DNA of 64,000 nt, taken from the NCBI GenBank assembly GCA_016192545.1, contig JACPTX010000028.1:8686-72685 (forward strand), given 5' to 3'. The position numbers and the translations under genes were made by a program. The DNA comes from Candidatus Omnitrophota bacterium (GTDB lineage: Bacteria; Omnitrophota; Gorgyraeia; Aquiviventales; Aquiviventaceae). Below the pieces are notes generated by a model, which had not been told where the DNA came from, did not search any database, and saw only the letters and a list, made by a program, of their open reading frames with translations. This document shows positions 9,174 through 17,194 of this stretch, one piece after another. Within the stretch, counting starts at the first letter, position 1; the number at the start of each line of letters is the position of its first letter.

Positions 9174-10078
9174 TGCTGTCAGTCCACGCGCCGGACTTCT
9201 CCCTCCGGCACACGCTTGAGTGCGGCCAGGCCTTCCGTTGGAAGTTCACCCCCGCCACCGGCGCCTACTACGGCTTCATCGCCGGGGCCGCGGTCCGCGT
9301 CCGCCAGCAGCACGACCACCTCGCCGTCGAGACCATTGACCCCAACCTGACCGCCGGGGACGTGCGGCGGTATTTCGCGCTCGACGTGGACCTCGGCGCC
9401 ATCCTGTCGTCCCTCGACGCGGACGCGCAGATCCACGAGGCCATCGCGAAGTTCCGCGGCCTGCGCGTCCTGCGCCAGGATCCCTGGGAGTGTCTCGCGT
9501 CGTTCATCTGCTCCGCCTTCAACAACATCGCGCGCATCGAGGGGATGATCGAGCGGCTGTCGGTCCACTTCGGCGTGCCGCTCGCGTTCAACGGGTTCCG
9601 CGGGTCCAGCTTTCCGTCGGCGGAGGTGCTCGCGCGCGTGCCAGAGCGGCGGCTGCGCGAGTTGGGGCTGGGGTTCCGCGCGCCGTATCTGAAGCGCACC
9701 GCGCGGCTCATCGCGGAGGGGAAGCTGCCGCTGGAGACGCTGCGGCGCACGGATTACGTGGTCACGAAGTCCGCGCTGCTGCGCTGCGACGGGGTGGGGG
9801 ACAAGGTCGCGGACTGCGTGGCGCTGTTCGGGCTGGAGAAGTACGAGGCGTTTCCGGTGGACCTGTGGATCGAGCGGGCGATGCGCTACTACTTCCGCGA
9901 CGCCAAGCCCACGCCCGCGCGGGTGCACGACTTCGCGTGGAAGCACTTCGGGCGTTACGCGGGCTACGCCCAGCAGTATCTGTACCACTACGTGAGGACC
10001 GCGCGCGAGCGGAGCGAGTCCCGAGCGCAGTCGAGGGACGCCGCGTCGCCTGGGGAGCCGTCCGCGGCCAATGCCTGA
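9173..10078 (+). CDS. ogg: 8-oxoguanine DNA glycosylase (Ogg, HhH-GPD)
   Basis: TLECGQAFRW, LRQDPWE, GLGFRA, GVGDKVADC..LF, FPVD.W, AGYAQQYL. Confidence 0.9.
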   Translation: MLSVHAPDFSLRHTLECGQAFRWKFTPATGAYYGFIAGAAVRVRQQHDHLAVETIDPNLTAGDVRRYFALDVDLGAILSSLDADAQIHEAIAKFRGLRVLRQDPWECLASFICSAFNNIARIEGMIERLSVHFGVPLAFNGFRGSSFPSAEVLARVPERRLRELGLGFRAPYLKRTARLIAEGKLPLETLRRTDYVVTKSALLRCDGVGDKVADCVALFGLEKYEAFPVDLWIERAMRYYFRDAKPTPARVHDFAWKHFGRYAGYAQQYLYHYVRTARERSESRAQSRDAASPGEPSAANA

Positions 10079-10082
10079 GGGC

Positions 10083-10657
10083 TTACTCTTCGAGCAGGGT
10101 ATGGACGGTCTTGTTGAGGATGGCGCCGTCGCGGTCGATCTCGTAGATGATCGGCGCGCCGGTTTCGAGGTTCAGGCCGAGGACTTGCTCCTTAGTGAGT
10201 GTATCGAGGTCCATGACGATGGCACGCAGGCTGTTGCCGTGCGCGACGACGAGCACGGTCTTGCCGGCCTTGACCAGCGGCAGGATCTTCGCGGTGAAGT
10301 AGGGGATGGCGCGCGCGGCGGTGTCCTTGAGGCTCTCGCCCTGCGGCGGGGCGACGTCATAGCTGCGGCCTTGTTCAGCCCCTGCAGGGCGCCGTAGTGC
10401 CGCTCGTTGAGCGCCTGGTCCCGCTCGACGGGGACGTCCGGCTGGCCGACGGCGTCCAGGACGATCTGCAGCGTCTCCTGCGCGCGCGAGAGGGCCGAGG
10501 TGAACGCGCGGTCAATCGCGTAGCGGCGGATGAGCTCCGCGCCCCGGCGGGCCTCCTCGCGCCCCGCGTCGGTCAGGGGCACGTCAATCCAGCCCGTAAA
10601 CCGGTTCTCGAGATTCCATTGCGATTGCCCGTGGCGGATCAAGATGAGTGTCCCCAT
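10083..10657 (-). pseudogene. gpmA: 2,3-BPG-dependent phosphoglycerate mutase with internal deletion and frameshift (possibly an assembly artefact)
   Basis: RHGQS.WN..NRFTGW and LNERHYG.LQGLNKA in one frame; [30 protein letters not shown] continues in another frame from ~10367 to TAA 10083. Confidence 0.85.
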
Positions 10658-10665
10658 ATGCGTCG

Positions 10666-10712
10666 AGGTGTCTGACGCGTCCTGAGCAATTCACCGGACG
10701 CGTCTGACACCT
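10666..10712. repeat. 17-bp inverted repeat with GTCTGAC core
   Basis: aggtgtctgacgcgtcc ... ggacgcgtctgacacct, one mismatch. Confidence 0.75.
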
Positions 10713-10737
10713 TATTTTCATGATAACACAACTTCGC

Positions 10738-10766
10738 TTGACAAGCGATGCGGACAATGGTAAGAA
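10738..10766 (+). promoter_or_regulatory. sigma70-type promoter of the ATP-grasp/kamA operon
   Basis: TTGACA-N17-TAAGAA with extended -10 TG. Confidence 0.65.
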
Positions 10767-10777
10767 AGAACCACCAG

Positions 10778-10872
10778 ATGAACACACACGTGATGGCCAC
10801 TCGATCGGTAGACGCTCGCGCGCTCTGTGGTGGAGCGCGTCGGGTGCTCTGACGATCAGTGCATCACCCGTG
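10778..10872 (+). promoter_or_regulatory. Structured 5' leader: 24-codon uORF overlapping a ~78-nt bulged hairpin
   Basis: ATG 10778-TGA 10852; pairings gtgatg/catcac, cact/agtg, gatcg/cgatc, cgcgctc/gagcgcg. Confidence 0.5.
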
Positions 10873-10895
10873 ACACAACTGACCGGTCCAGGGAC

Positions 10896-10924
10896 AGGGA
10901 CTCCCAGAGAGTCCCTTTTTGTTT
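10896..10924 (+). terminator. Intrinsic terminator just upstream of the first ATP-grasp gene (attenuator-like)
   Basis: agggactc-ccaga-gagtccct followed by TTTTGTTT, ATG at 10926. Confidence 0.75.
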
Positions 10925-10925
10925 G

Positions 10926-11957
10926 ATGGGCTTCCGGGTCGGCTTGACCTACAACGCCAAGAGCGACTACCCGCTGAAGCCCGGCGACCCGCCGGACGCC
11001 AACGCCGAGTTCGACCACGACGACACGATCGGCGTGATTGAAGACGCGATCGCGGCGGGCGGGCACGAGGTCGTGCGCGTCGGCAACGCCCGGCAGGTGC
11101 TCGAGTGGGGCGAGCGGCTGAAGACGCTCGACATCGTCTTCAACATCGCCGAGGGCTATGAGGGGCGCAACCGCGAGTCGCAGGTCCCGATCCTGCTGGA
11201 GATGCTGCGCGTCCCCTTCGTCGGCGGCGACGGGCTGACGCTCGGCGTGACCCTGGACAAGATCATCACGAAGAAGCTCCTGCTCGCCGAGGGGATTCCG
11301 ACGCCGCGCTTCGTCGAATTGACCGACCCGGACCAGAGCTGGTCGGTCGAGTTGCCGTACCCGCTCATCGTCAAGCCGCGCTACGAGGGCTCCAGCAAGG
11401 GCCTGCGCAAGACCTCGCTTGTCACCGGCGCGCAGGAGCTCGCCCAGCAGGCGCGCTGGCTCATCGAGACCTACCGGCAGCCCGCGCTCGTCGAGGAATT
11501 CATCGAGGGGCGCGAGTTCACCGTCGCGCTCATCGGCAACGACCCGCCCGAGGTCCAGCCCGTCGTGCAGATTCAGATCGAAGGCCGGCTCGAGCTGGGG
11601 CGGCTCTTCTACACGTTCGACCACATCCGCTCCGGAGCCGACTACGTCTGCCCGGCGCAGATCGAGGACGGCCTGCGGCGCGAGCTCGAGGCCGTCGCGC
11701 TCAAGACGTATCAGGCGGTCGAGTGCCTCGACTTCGGGCGGGTGGACATCCGGGTGGACCGCGCCGGGCGCGCCTCCGTGCTGGAGATCAACCCGCTGCC
11801 CTCGCTGTCGACCGAGGACGTGTTCTGGTTCGTCGCCAGAGCGCAAGGGATGACCTACGAGGCGATCATCAACAAGGTGCTGGACGCCGCGCTCGCGCGC
11901 TACGGCCTCAAACCCCACAACGAGGGGGCTTCCGTATCAGCCAGACGATCGCGCTGA
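10926..11957 (+). CDS. D-Ala-D-Ala-ligase-like ATP-grasp enzyme 1
   Basis: VGLTYN, EFD, VFNIAEG..GRNRESQVP, LDK, IVKP..EGSSKG, VEEFIEGREFT, RVDIR, LEINPLP; no canonical Ddl N-terminal GG.S.E. Confidence 0.85.
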   Translation: MGFRVGLTYNAKSDYPLKPGDPPDANAEFDHDDTIGVIEDAIAAGGHEVVRVGNARQVLEWGERLKTLDIVFNIAEGYEGRNRESQVPILLEMLRVPFVGGDGLTLGVTLDKIITKKLLLAEGIPTPRFVELTDPDQSWSVELPYPLIVKPRYEGSSKGLRKTSLVTGAQELAQQARWLIETYRQPALVEEFIEGREFTVALIGNDPPEVQPVVQIQIEGRLELGRLFYTFDHIRSGADYVCPAQIEDGLRRELEAVALKTYQAVECLDFGRVDIRVDRAGRASVLEINPLPSLSTEDVFWFVARAQGMTYEAIINKVLDAALARYGLKPHNEGASVSARRSR

Positions 11958-12997
11958 CATACAATCTGAAACGCCAGGCGCAGGAAGCCGAGTCGGTGCC
12001 GTTCGACTTCTACTCGGAATTCGACTCGCCGGCCACGCTGGAGGCGATCAGCGGGGCCTTGCGCGCCGCCGGGCATGAGGTGCTTCTCGTCGAGGCCGAC
12101 GAGAGCCTCCCGCGCTGGTTCTTCGAGCATCCCGTCGATCTCGTCTTCAACATCGCCGAGGGCACCGGGGGCCGCCACCGCGAATCGCAGGTGCCGGCCA
12201 TCCTCGAGTCGCTGGGCGTGCCGTTCACCGGATCCGGCAGCACGACGCTCTCCCTCGCTCTCGACAAAGCGCGCACGAAACAGCTCCTGGCCTACGAAGG
12301 CATCCCCACGCCGGCCTGGCAGGTGTTCCGCTCGCCGGATGACCCGCTGGATCCCCGCCTGCAGTTTCCGCTCATCGTCAAGCCCAACCGCGAAGGCTCC
12401 GCCAAGGGCATCATGCGGGAGAACGTCGTGCAGGACGCCTCCGCGCTGCGCCGCCAGGTGCGGCGGGTCTTCGGGCGGTACCGGCAGGAGGTGCTCGTCG
12501 AGGAATTCATCGACGGCCTGGAGCTGACCGTCGGCGTGCTGGGCAACGACGTCCTGCAGGCGCTGCCGATCCTGGAAATCGATTTCGCCGGCTGCGAGCG
12601 GTCCGGGGAATTCTTCTACTCGTGGCGGATGAAGGAGTATGAGGGCAACAAGGAGCTCGGCTTGGACCCGGCGCACCACTGCCCGGCGCGCCTCCCGGCG
12701 GCGACGGCCGCGGCGGTCCAGCGCGTCGCGCTGCGCGTGCACCGGGCGCTGGGCTGCCGGGACCTGTCGCGCACCGACATCCGCCTGCGGCGCGACGGCA
12801 CGCCCTTCGTCCTCGAGATCAACCCGCTGCCCGGACTCTCTCCCCAGGACAGCAATTTTCCGATTATGACCACCGCCGCGGGGATCGCGTATCCCGCGCT
12901 GATCACTCATCTGGTGGGGTTGGCGCTGGCACGGTACCGTCAAGGTGCCCAGCCTCATGAGCTGTCACCGCTCGCGGTGAGCCGGTCAGCTCCCTGA
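11936..12997 (+). CDS. D-Ala-D-Ala-ligase-like ATP-grasp enzyme 2 (probable non-canonical ATC start)
   Basis: IALTYNLK, EFD, VFNIAEG..GRHRESQVP, IVKPNREGSAKG, RTDIR, LEINPLPG; GAGGGGG SD 7 nt before ATC 11936; start uncertain. Confidence 0.8.
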   Translation: MSQTIALTYNLKRQAQEAESVPFDFYSEFDSPATLEAISGALRAAGHEVLLVEADESLPRWFFEHPVDLVFNIAEGTGGRHRESQVPAILESLGVPFTGSGSTTLSLALDKARTKQLLAYEGIPTPAWQVFRSPDDPLDPRLQFPLIVKPNREGSAKGIMRENVVQDASALRRQVRRVFGRYRQEVLVEEFIDGLELTVGVLGNDVLQALPILEIDFAGCERSGEFFYSWRMKEYEGNKELGLDPAHHCPARLPAATAAAVQRVALRVHRALGCRDLSRTDIRLRRDGTPFVLEINPLPGLSPQDSNFPIMTTAAGIAYPALITHLVGLALARYRQGAQPHELSPLAVSRSAP

Positions 12998-13026
12998 GGG
13001 ATGGGCGAGAAGGAGGGGCGTCTCCG

Positions 13027-14202
13027 GTGAACGTGGAAGCGTATCGGCGTATTCCCGTTTGGAAGGATGTGCCTCTGGAGGAATGGGAAACGTACGGATG
13101 GCAGATGCGTCACCGCATCACCACCGTCGAGCAGCTGCGGCAGGTCATCCACGTGACCCCGTCCGAAGAGGCGGCGGTCACGAAGCGGGACGGCCGCTTC
13201 ATCATGGGCATCCCGCCGTACTGGGCGGCGCTGATGGACCCGGACGACCCGACCTGCCCGATCCGGCGGCAGGCGGTGCCGCTGGAGGAGGAATACTACA
13301 CGAGCCCCAACGATCTGGTGGATCCGCTGGCCGAGGACAGCCACATGCCGGTCCCGGGCCTGGTGCACCGCTATCCGGACCGGGTGCTGCTCCTGGTCGT
13401 CGAGGTCTGCTCGATGTACTGCCGGTTCTGCACGCGCAGCCGCGTCGTCGGCACGAGCGCGGGGTTTTCCCGCGGCGCGAACATCGATGCCGCCATCGAC
13501 TACATCCGCAGCCACCGCAAGATCCGCGACGTGCTGATCTCCGGCGGCGATCCGCTGACGCTGTCGGATGAGCGGCTCGACGAGATCCTGGCCAAGCTCA
13601 AGGCGATCCCGCACGTCGAGTTCGTCCGCATCGGCACGCGCAACCCGGTGACCCTGCCGTACCGGGTGACCGAGTCGCTGTGCAGCGTCCTGAAGAAGCA
13701 CAAGCCGATCTGGATGAGCGTCCACTTCAACCACCCCAAGGAAGTGACGCCGGCCGTCAAGCGCGCCTGCGGGATGCTGGCGGACAGCGGCGTGCCGCTC
13801 GGGTCCCAGACGGTGCTGCTCAAGGGCATCAACGACCGGCCCGCGATCATGAAGAAGCTCTTCCATGAGCTGTTGAAGAGCCGGGTGCGGCCGTACTACA
13901 TCTATCAGTGCGATCCGGTGCGCGGGACCTCGCACTTCCGCACGACGGTCGCGACGGGCGTGCAGATCCTCGAGAAGCTGCGCGGGCACACGACCGGCTA
14001 CGCGGTGCCGACGTTCGTGGTGGACGCGCCGGGCGGCGGCGGCAAGATCCCCGTCATGCCCAGCTACGTCGTGTCGTACAAGCCGGGCGAGGTCGTCCTG
14101 CGCAACTACGCCGGCAAGGTCTACACGTATAAAGAGGAAGTGGGGACGGACGAGCGCGCAAAAGCCCCGCTGGCCGAGCCGTCCTACGCGCTCGCCGACT
14201 AA
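13027..14202 (+). CDS. kamA: KamA-family radical SAM/PLP lysine 2,3-aminomutase
   Basis: HRYPDRVL, CSMYCRFCTR, SGGDPL, HFNHP.E, QTVLLKGIND, YIYQCD, VDAPGGGGKIP; AAGGAGG RBS with GTG start. Confidence 0.9.
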   Translation: MNVEAYRRIPVWKDVPLEEWETYGWQMRHRITTVEQLRQVIHVTPSEEAAVTKRDGRFIMGIPPYWAALMDPDDPTCPIRRQAVPLEEEYYTSPNDLVDPLAEDSHMPVPGLVHRYPDRVLLLVVEVCSMYCRFCTRSRVVGTSAGFSRGANIDAAIDYIRSHRKIRDVLISGGDPLTLSDERLDEILAKLKAIPHVEFVRIGTRNPVTLPYRVTESLCSVLKKHKPIWMSVHFNHPKEVTPAVKRACGMLADSGVPLGSQTVLLKGINDRPAIMKKLFHELLKSRVRPYYIYQCDPVRGTSHFRTTVATGVQILEKLRGHTTGYAVPTFVVDAPGGGGKIPVMPSYVVSYKPGEVVLRNYAGKVYTYKEEVGTDERAKAPLAEPSYALAD

Positions 14203-14232
14203 GCCCTCCGGGTTGTCGCGGTGGGGTACCCT

Positions 14233-14278
14233 CGACCCTTGACATCCCAGAGGGTGACTCGCGGGATGTCAAGGGTCG
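14233..14278. repeat. Perfect 16-bp inverted repeat after kamA
   Basis: cgacccttgacatccc ... gggatgtcaagggtcg; no U-tract. Confidence 0.7.
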
Positions 14279-14286
14279 TTTCTCTG

Positions 14287-14850
14287 ATGATGAGACTCTC
14301 TCAGCTCATGATGGCGGTGGCCTTGTGCGGGATGGCCGGCTGCAGCCCGCCGGGCCAGTCCGAGAAGCTGCGCAAGGAAGTGCTCAGCGCCGATCCGCCC
14401 TTTGCCAAGGTCCTGGACCGGCGCGATGAGCTGGCCGACAAGATCACGCTCCTCCAGCGGGAGCTGGCCTTGAAGAAGAGCACGGTCGAGCGCCGGGTCG
14501 CCCAGCTGCGCGCCGAACTGCGCGAGGCGAAGCGCGAGGTCGCGCAGAAAGTCCGGCAGACCGCGGTGCAGCTGAAGCCGGAACAGGAGCGGGTCGAGCT
14601 GGCCGTCGGGAGGGCGGCGGAAGAGCTCAAGACCAAGCGGGCGCATCGCGACGGGCTCGCGCGCTCCATCAGCCGGATCCGCAAGGCGCTGGGGGACAAG
14701 AGCGCGACGTGGACGGCAGCCGACCGCTCCCGCCTGGCCCAGGAACTCGACGACCTGGCGCGGGAAACGCAGCGCCTTGACCAGGAGCTGGCCGTCCTCG
14801 CCAAGCACCTCCGCCTCCTGAAGGCCAAGCGCCTCCTCCTCCGTCTATAG
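14287..14850 (+). CDS. Putative coiled-coil lipoprotein
   Basis: Lipobox-like MAGC, heptad-rich helical body; start uncertain. Confidence 0.6.
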   Translation: MMRLSQLMMAVALCGMAGCSPPGQSEKLRKEVLSADPPFAKVLDRRDELADKITLLQRELALKKSTVERRVAQLRAELREAKREVAQKVRQTAVQLKPEQERVELAVGRAAEELKTKRAHRDGLARSISRIRKALGDKSATWTAADRSRLAQELDDLARETQRLDQELAVLAKHLRLLKAKRLLLRL

Positions 14851-14895
14851 AAGTGACCGTCACTTTTCCCGCTTTGCGAAGTGACTGTCACTTTT
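14851..14895. repeat. Tandem AAGTGAC-N-GTCACTT palindrome pair, locus 1
   Basis: Copies at 14851 and 14879; same motif at 47288 and 60684. Confidence 0.85.
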
Positions 14896-14919
14896 AAGGT
14901 ATGTTACAATAGCACGCCG

Positions 14920-16395
14920 ATGCCGTCGGGTTCTCCGCAGTCCTGTCCAGGGTTGCCGTCTGCCTGGTGCCTTGCCGTTGACGCGCCTCTTCCGCTCGCC
15001 GGAATCGTCGAGGCGGCGCGGGCGTCTTCCCAGTCCGTGGTGTGGCTCGACAGCGCCCGCCGGCACCCGGCCACCGGCCGGTACTCCATCGCGGGATGGG
15101 ACCCGTGGCTGACGCTGACCGCGTCAGGCCGCGCGGCGGTCCTGACCACCAGCACGTCCACGACGACGCAGGCAGGCAATCCGCTTGACCTCCTGCAGGC
15201 GGTGCTGGCGCGGTATCCCGGCCCCCGCCACGAGGCGCTGCCGCCGGTCGGATGCGGATGGCTCGGGGCGTTCGGGTATGAGCTGAATCGCTGGATCGAG
15301 CGGCTGCCGCCACCGCCGTCCCCCGCGTTGGACACGCCTGACCTGCTGCTCTTTGGGATGCGGCAGCTGATCGTCGTCGACCACGCGGCAGCCAAGAGCT
15401 GGCTGGTGATCATGGCGGATCCGCATCAGCCGGCCGCCCGCGCGATGCGCGAGGCCCGCGAGCGTCTCGACGCTCTCACCGCGCTGACGCGCTCCTCGGC
15501 AGCTGAACCAGCGGCGGTCTTGGCGGACGTGCAGGCCGCCGCCTCGGTGGACCCGACCATGCCGCAGGGACAGTTTGAGGCGCTCGTGCGGCGCGTGCAG
15601 GAGTACATCCGGGATGGGGAGATCTTCCAGGCCAACCTGTCGCAGCGGTTTGAAGCGGCGTGGCCCGGCTCTGCCTGGTCGCTGTACCTGGCGCTGCGGC
15701 AGGTGAACCCCTCGCCGTTTGCGTGCTTCCTCCAGACGCCGTCCGTGTCGCTGGTCAGCTGTTCGCCTGAGCGGCTGGTCGCGGTGCGCGGCGGCCAGGC
15801 GTCCGCCCGTCCCATCGCCGGCACGCGGCCGCGCGGGGCGAGCGCCGAGGAAGACGTGGTCAACAGCCTGGAGCTGATCCTCAGCGACAAAGAACGGGCC
15901 GAGCACATCATGCTGGTGGACCTGGCGCGCAACGACCTGGGGCGCGTGTGCCGGTTCGGCTCCGTGGGCGTGGATGAGCTGATGGTGCTGGAAGATTATT
16001 CCCACGTCATCCATATCGTCTCGAACGTCCTGGGGCGCGTGCGGGCGGGGGTCGGTGCGGTGGAGGTCCTGCGCGCGGTGTTTCCCGGCGGCACCATCAC
16101 CGGCTGTCCGAAAGTGCGGTGCATGGAGATCCTCCAGGAGCTGGAGCCGGTCGCGCGGGGCTTCTACACCGGCTCGGCCGGATGGCTGGGGTTCGACGGT
16201 TCGCTCGACCTGAATATCCTGATCCGGACCATGGTGATGCAGGGCTCGCGCGTCTCGTTTCACGTCGGGGCGGGGATTGTCGCCGATTCCCAGCCGGACC
16301 GCGAGTATCACGAAACCTTGGCGAAGGGCGCCGCGCTGCTGCACGCGCTGCGCGGTTCAGGAGCCATAATGGCGTCGGATGCAGGTGGTCGTTAA
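14920..16395 (+). CDS. pabB: Aminodeoxychorismate synthase component I (PabB/TrpE family)
   Basis: GEIFQANLSQRF, SCSPERL, PIAGTRPR, KERAEHIMLVDLARNDLG, FPGGTITGCPK, GAGIVADS; folate gene context. Confidence 0.85.
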   Translation: MPSGSPQSCPGLPSAWCLAVDAPLPLAGIVEAARASSQSVVWLDSARRHPATGRYSIAGWDPWLTLTASGRAAVLTTSTSTTTQAGNPLDLLQAVLARYPGPRHEALPPVGCGWLGAFGYELNRWIERLPPPPSPALDTPDLLLFGMRQLIVVDHAAAKSWLVIMADPHQPAARAMREARERLDALTALTRSSAAEPAAVLADVQAAASVDPTMPQGQFEALVRRVQEYIRDGEIFQANLSQRFEAAWPGSAWSLYLALRQVNPSPFACFLQTPSVSLVSCSPERLVAVRGGQASARPIAGTRPRGASAEEDVVNSLELILSDKERAEHIMLVDLARNDLGRVCRFGSVGVDELMVLEDYSHVIHIVSNVLGRVRAGVGAVEVLRAVFPGGTITGCPKVRCMEILQELEPVARGFYTGSAGWLGFDGSLDLNILIRTMVMQGSRVSFHVGAGIVADSQPDREYHETLAKGAALLHALRGSGAIMASDAGGR

Positions 16396-17194
16396 TCCGC
16401 CCCGCTGGGCGCTGCCGGGGCTCGAGGCCGCCTCCGGTTGCTTCGAGACGATGCGGGTCTACGCGGGCAGGATGTTCCGCCTCGACGCGCATCTCGCGCG
16501 GCTGGCCGCGTCGACCAGATATCTCGGGGTCAAGCTTCAGGACCCCCTCCCGCAGCTGCGGCGGCGGCTCGTGAAGGCGTTGAAGGGTTCCGGGATCCCC
16601 GAGGCGGTCGTGCGGGTCGCCCTGATCCCGAACGGACGGCGCGTGGCGTCGGCCAGCATCGTCGTGCAGCCGGTGCAGCTGCCGGCGCCGGCATGCTATG
16701 CGCGCGGGATCCGCGCGGCGGTCGTCCCGACAAGGAAATTCCCGGTGAGCCAGATCGATCCGCAGTCGAAATTCTCCTCGCGGCTGGGCAGCATCCTGGC
16801 GGTCATGGAATCCCAGCTGCGCCGGGCGGATGAGGCGATCTTCATGGACGCGATGGGCTACGTGACCGAGAGCACCGCCAGCAATCTCGGCATCATCAAG
16901 GACGGCGCGTTCCTCGCCCCGCCGTGCTGGCTGGGGCTGCTGCCCGGCATCACGTGGCAGGCGCTCGTGGAGGCGGCGGCGCGCGCGGGCATCGCGTATC
17001 GGGAGACCCCCCTGACCCGGCATGACCTCTACAACGCGGACGAGGCGTTCCTGTCGAGCACGATTAAAGAGGTCTTGGCCATCACGACCGTCGATGGGCG
17101 CAGGATCGGGACCGGCAAGCCAGGCCCGTTCACCCGGCGGCTCCATCGGGCCTTCCGGCAGCTGGTGGAGGAGGAGCTGCATGGCCGCGGTTAA
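16379..17194 (+). CDS. Class IV aminotransferase, probable aminodeoxychorismate lyase (PabC-like)
   Basis: FETMR, HLARL, ESTASN, LLPGIT, ADEAFLSST; follows pabB. Confidence 0.75.
   Translation: MQVVVNPPRWALPGLEAASGCFETMRVYAGRMFRLDAHLARLAASTRYLGVKLQDPLPQLRRRLVKALKGSGIPEAVVRVALIPNGRRVASASIVVQPVQLPAPACYARGIRAAVVPTRKFPVSQIDPQSKFSSRLGSILAVMESQLRRADEAIFMDAMGYVTESTASNLGIIKDGAFLAPPCWLGLLPGITWQALVEAAARAGIAYRETPLTRHDLYNADEAFLSSTIKEVLAITTVDGRRIGTGKPGPFTRRLHRAFRQLVEEELHGRG

Noticed and set aside
10071-10397. 108-aa plus-strand ORF after ogg
   Set aside because: Antisense shadow of the frameshifted gpmA C-terminal half
10770-10925. Known lysine, SAM or T-box riboswitch upstream of the ATP-grasp operon
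   Set aside because: I could not find their consensus motifs; kept as an unknown leader
13027-14202. kamA as EpmB (EF-P modification) or AblA (osmolyte synthesis)
   Set aside because: No efp, epmA or ablB in the window; the sequence has the KamA-type YQCD and DAPGGGGK motifs. Action with distant partners is not excluded
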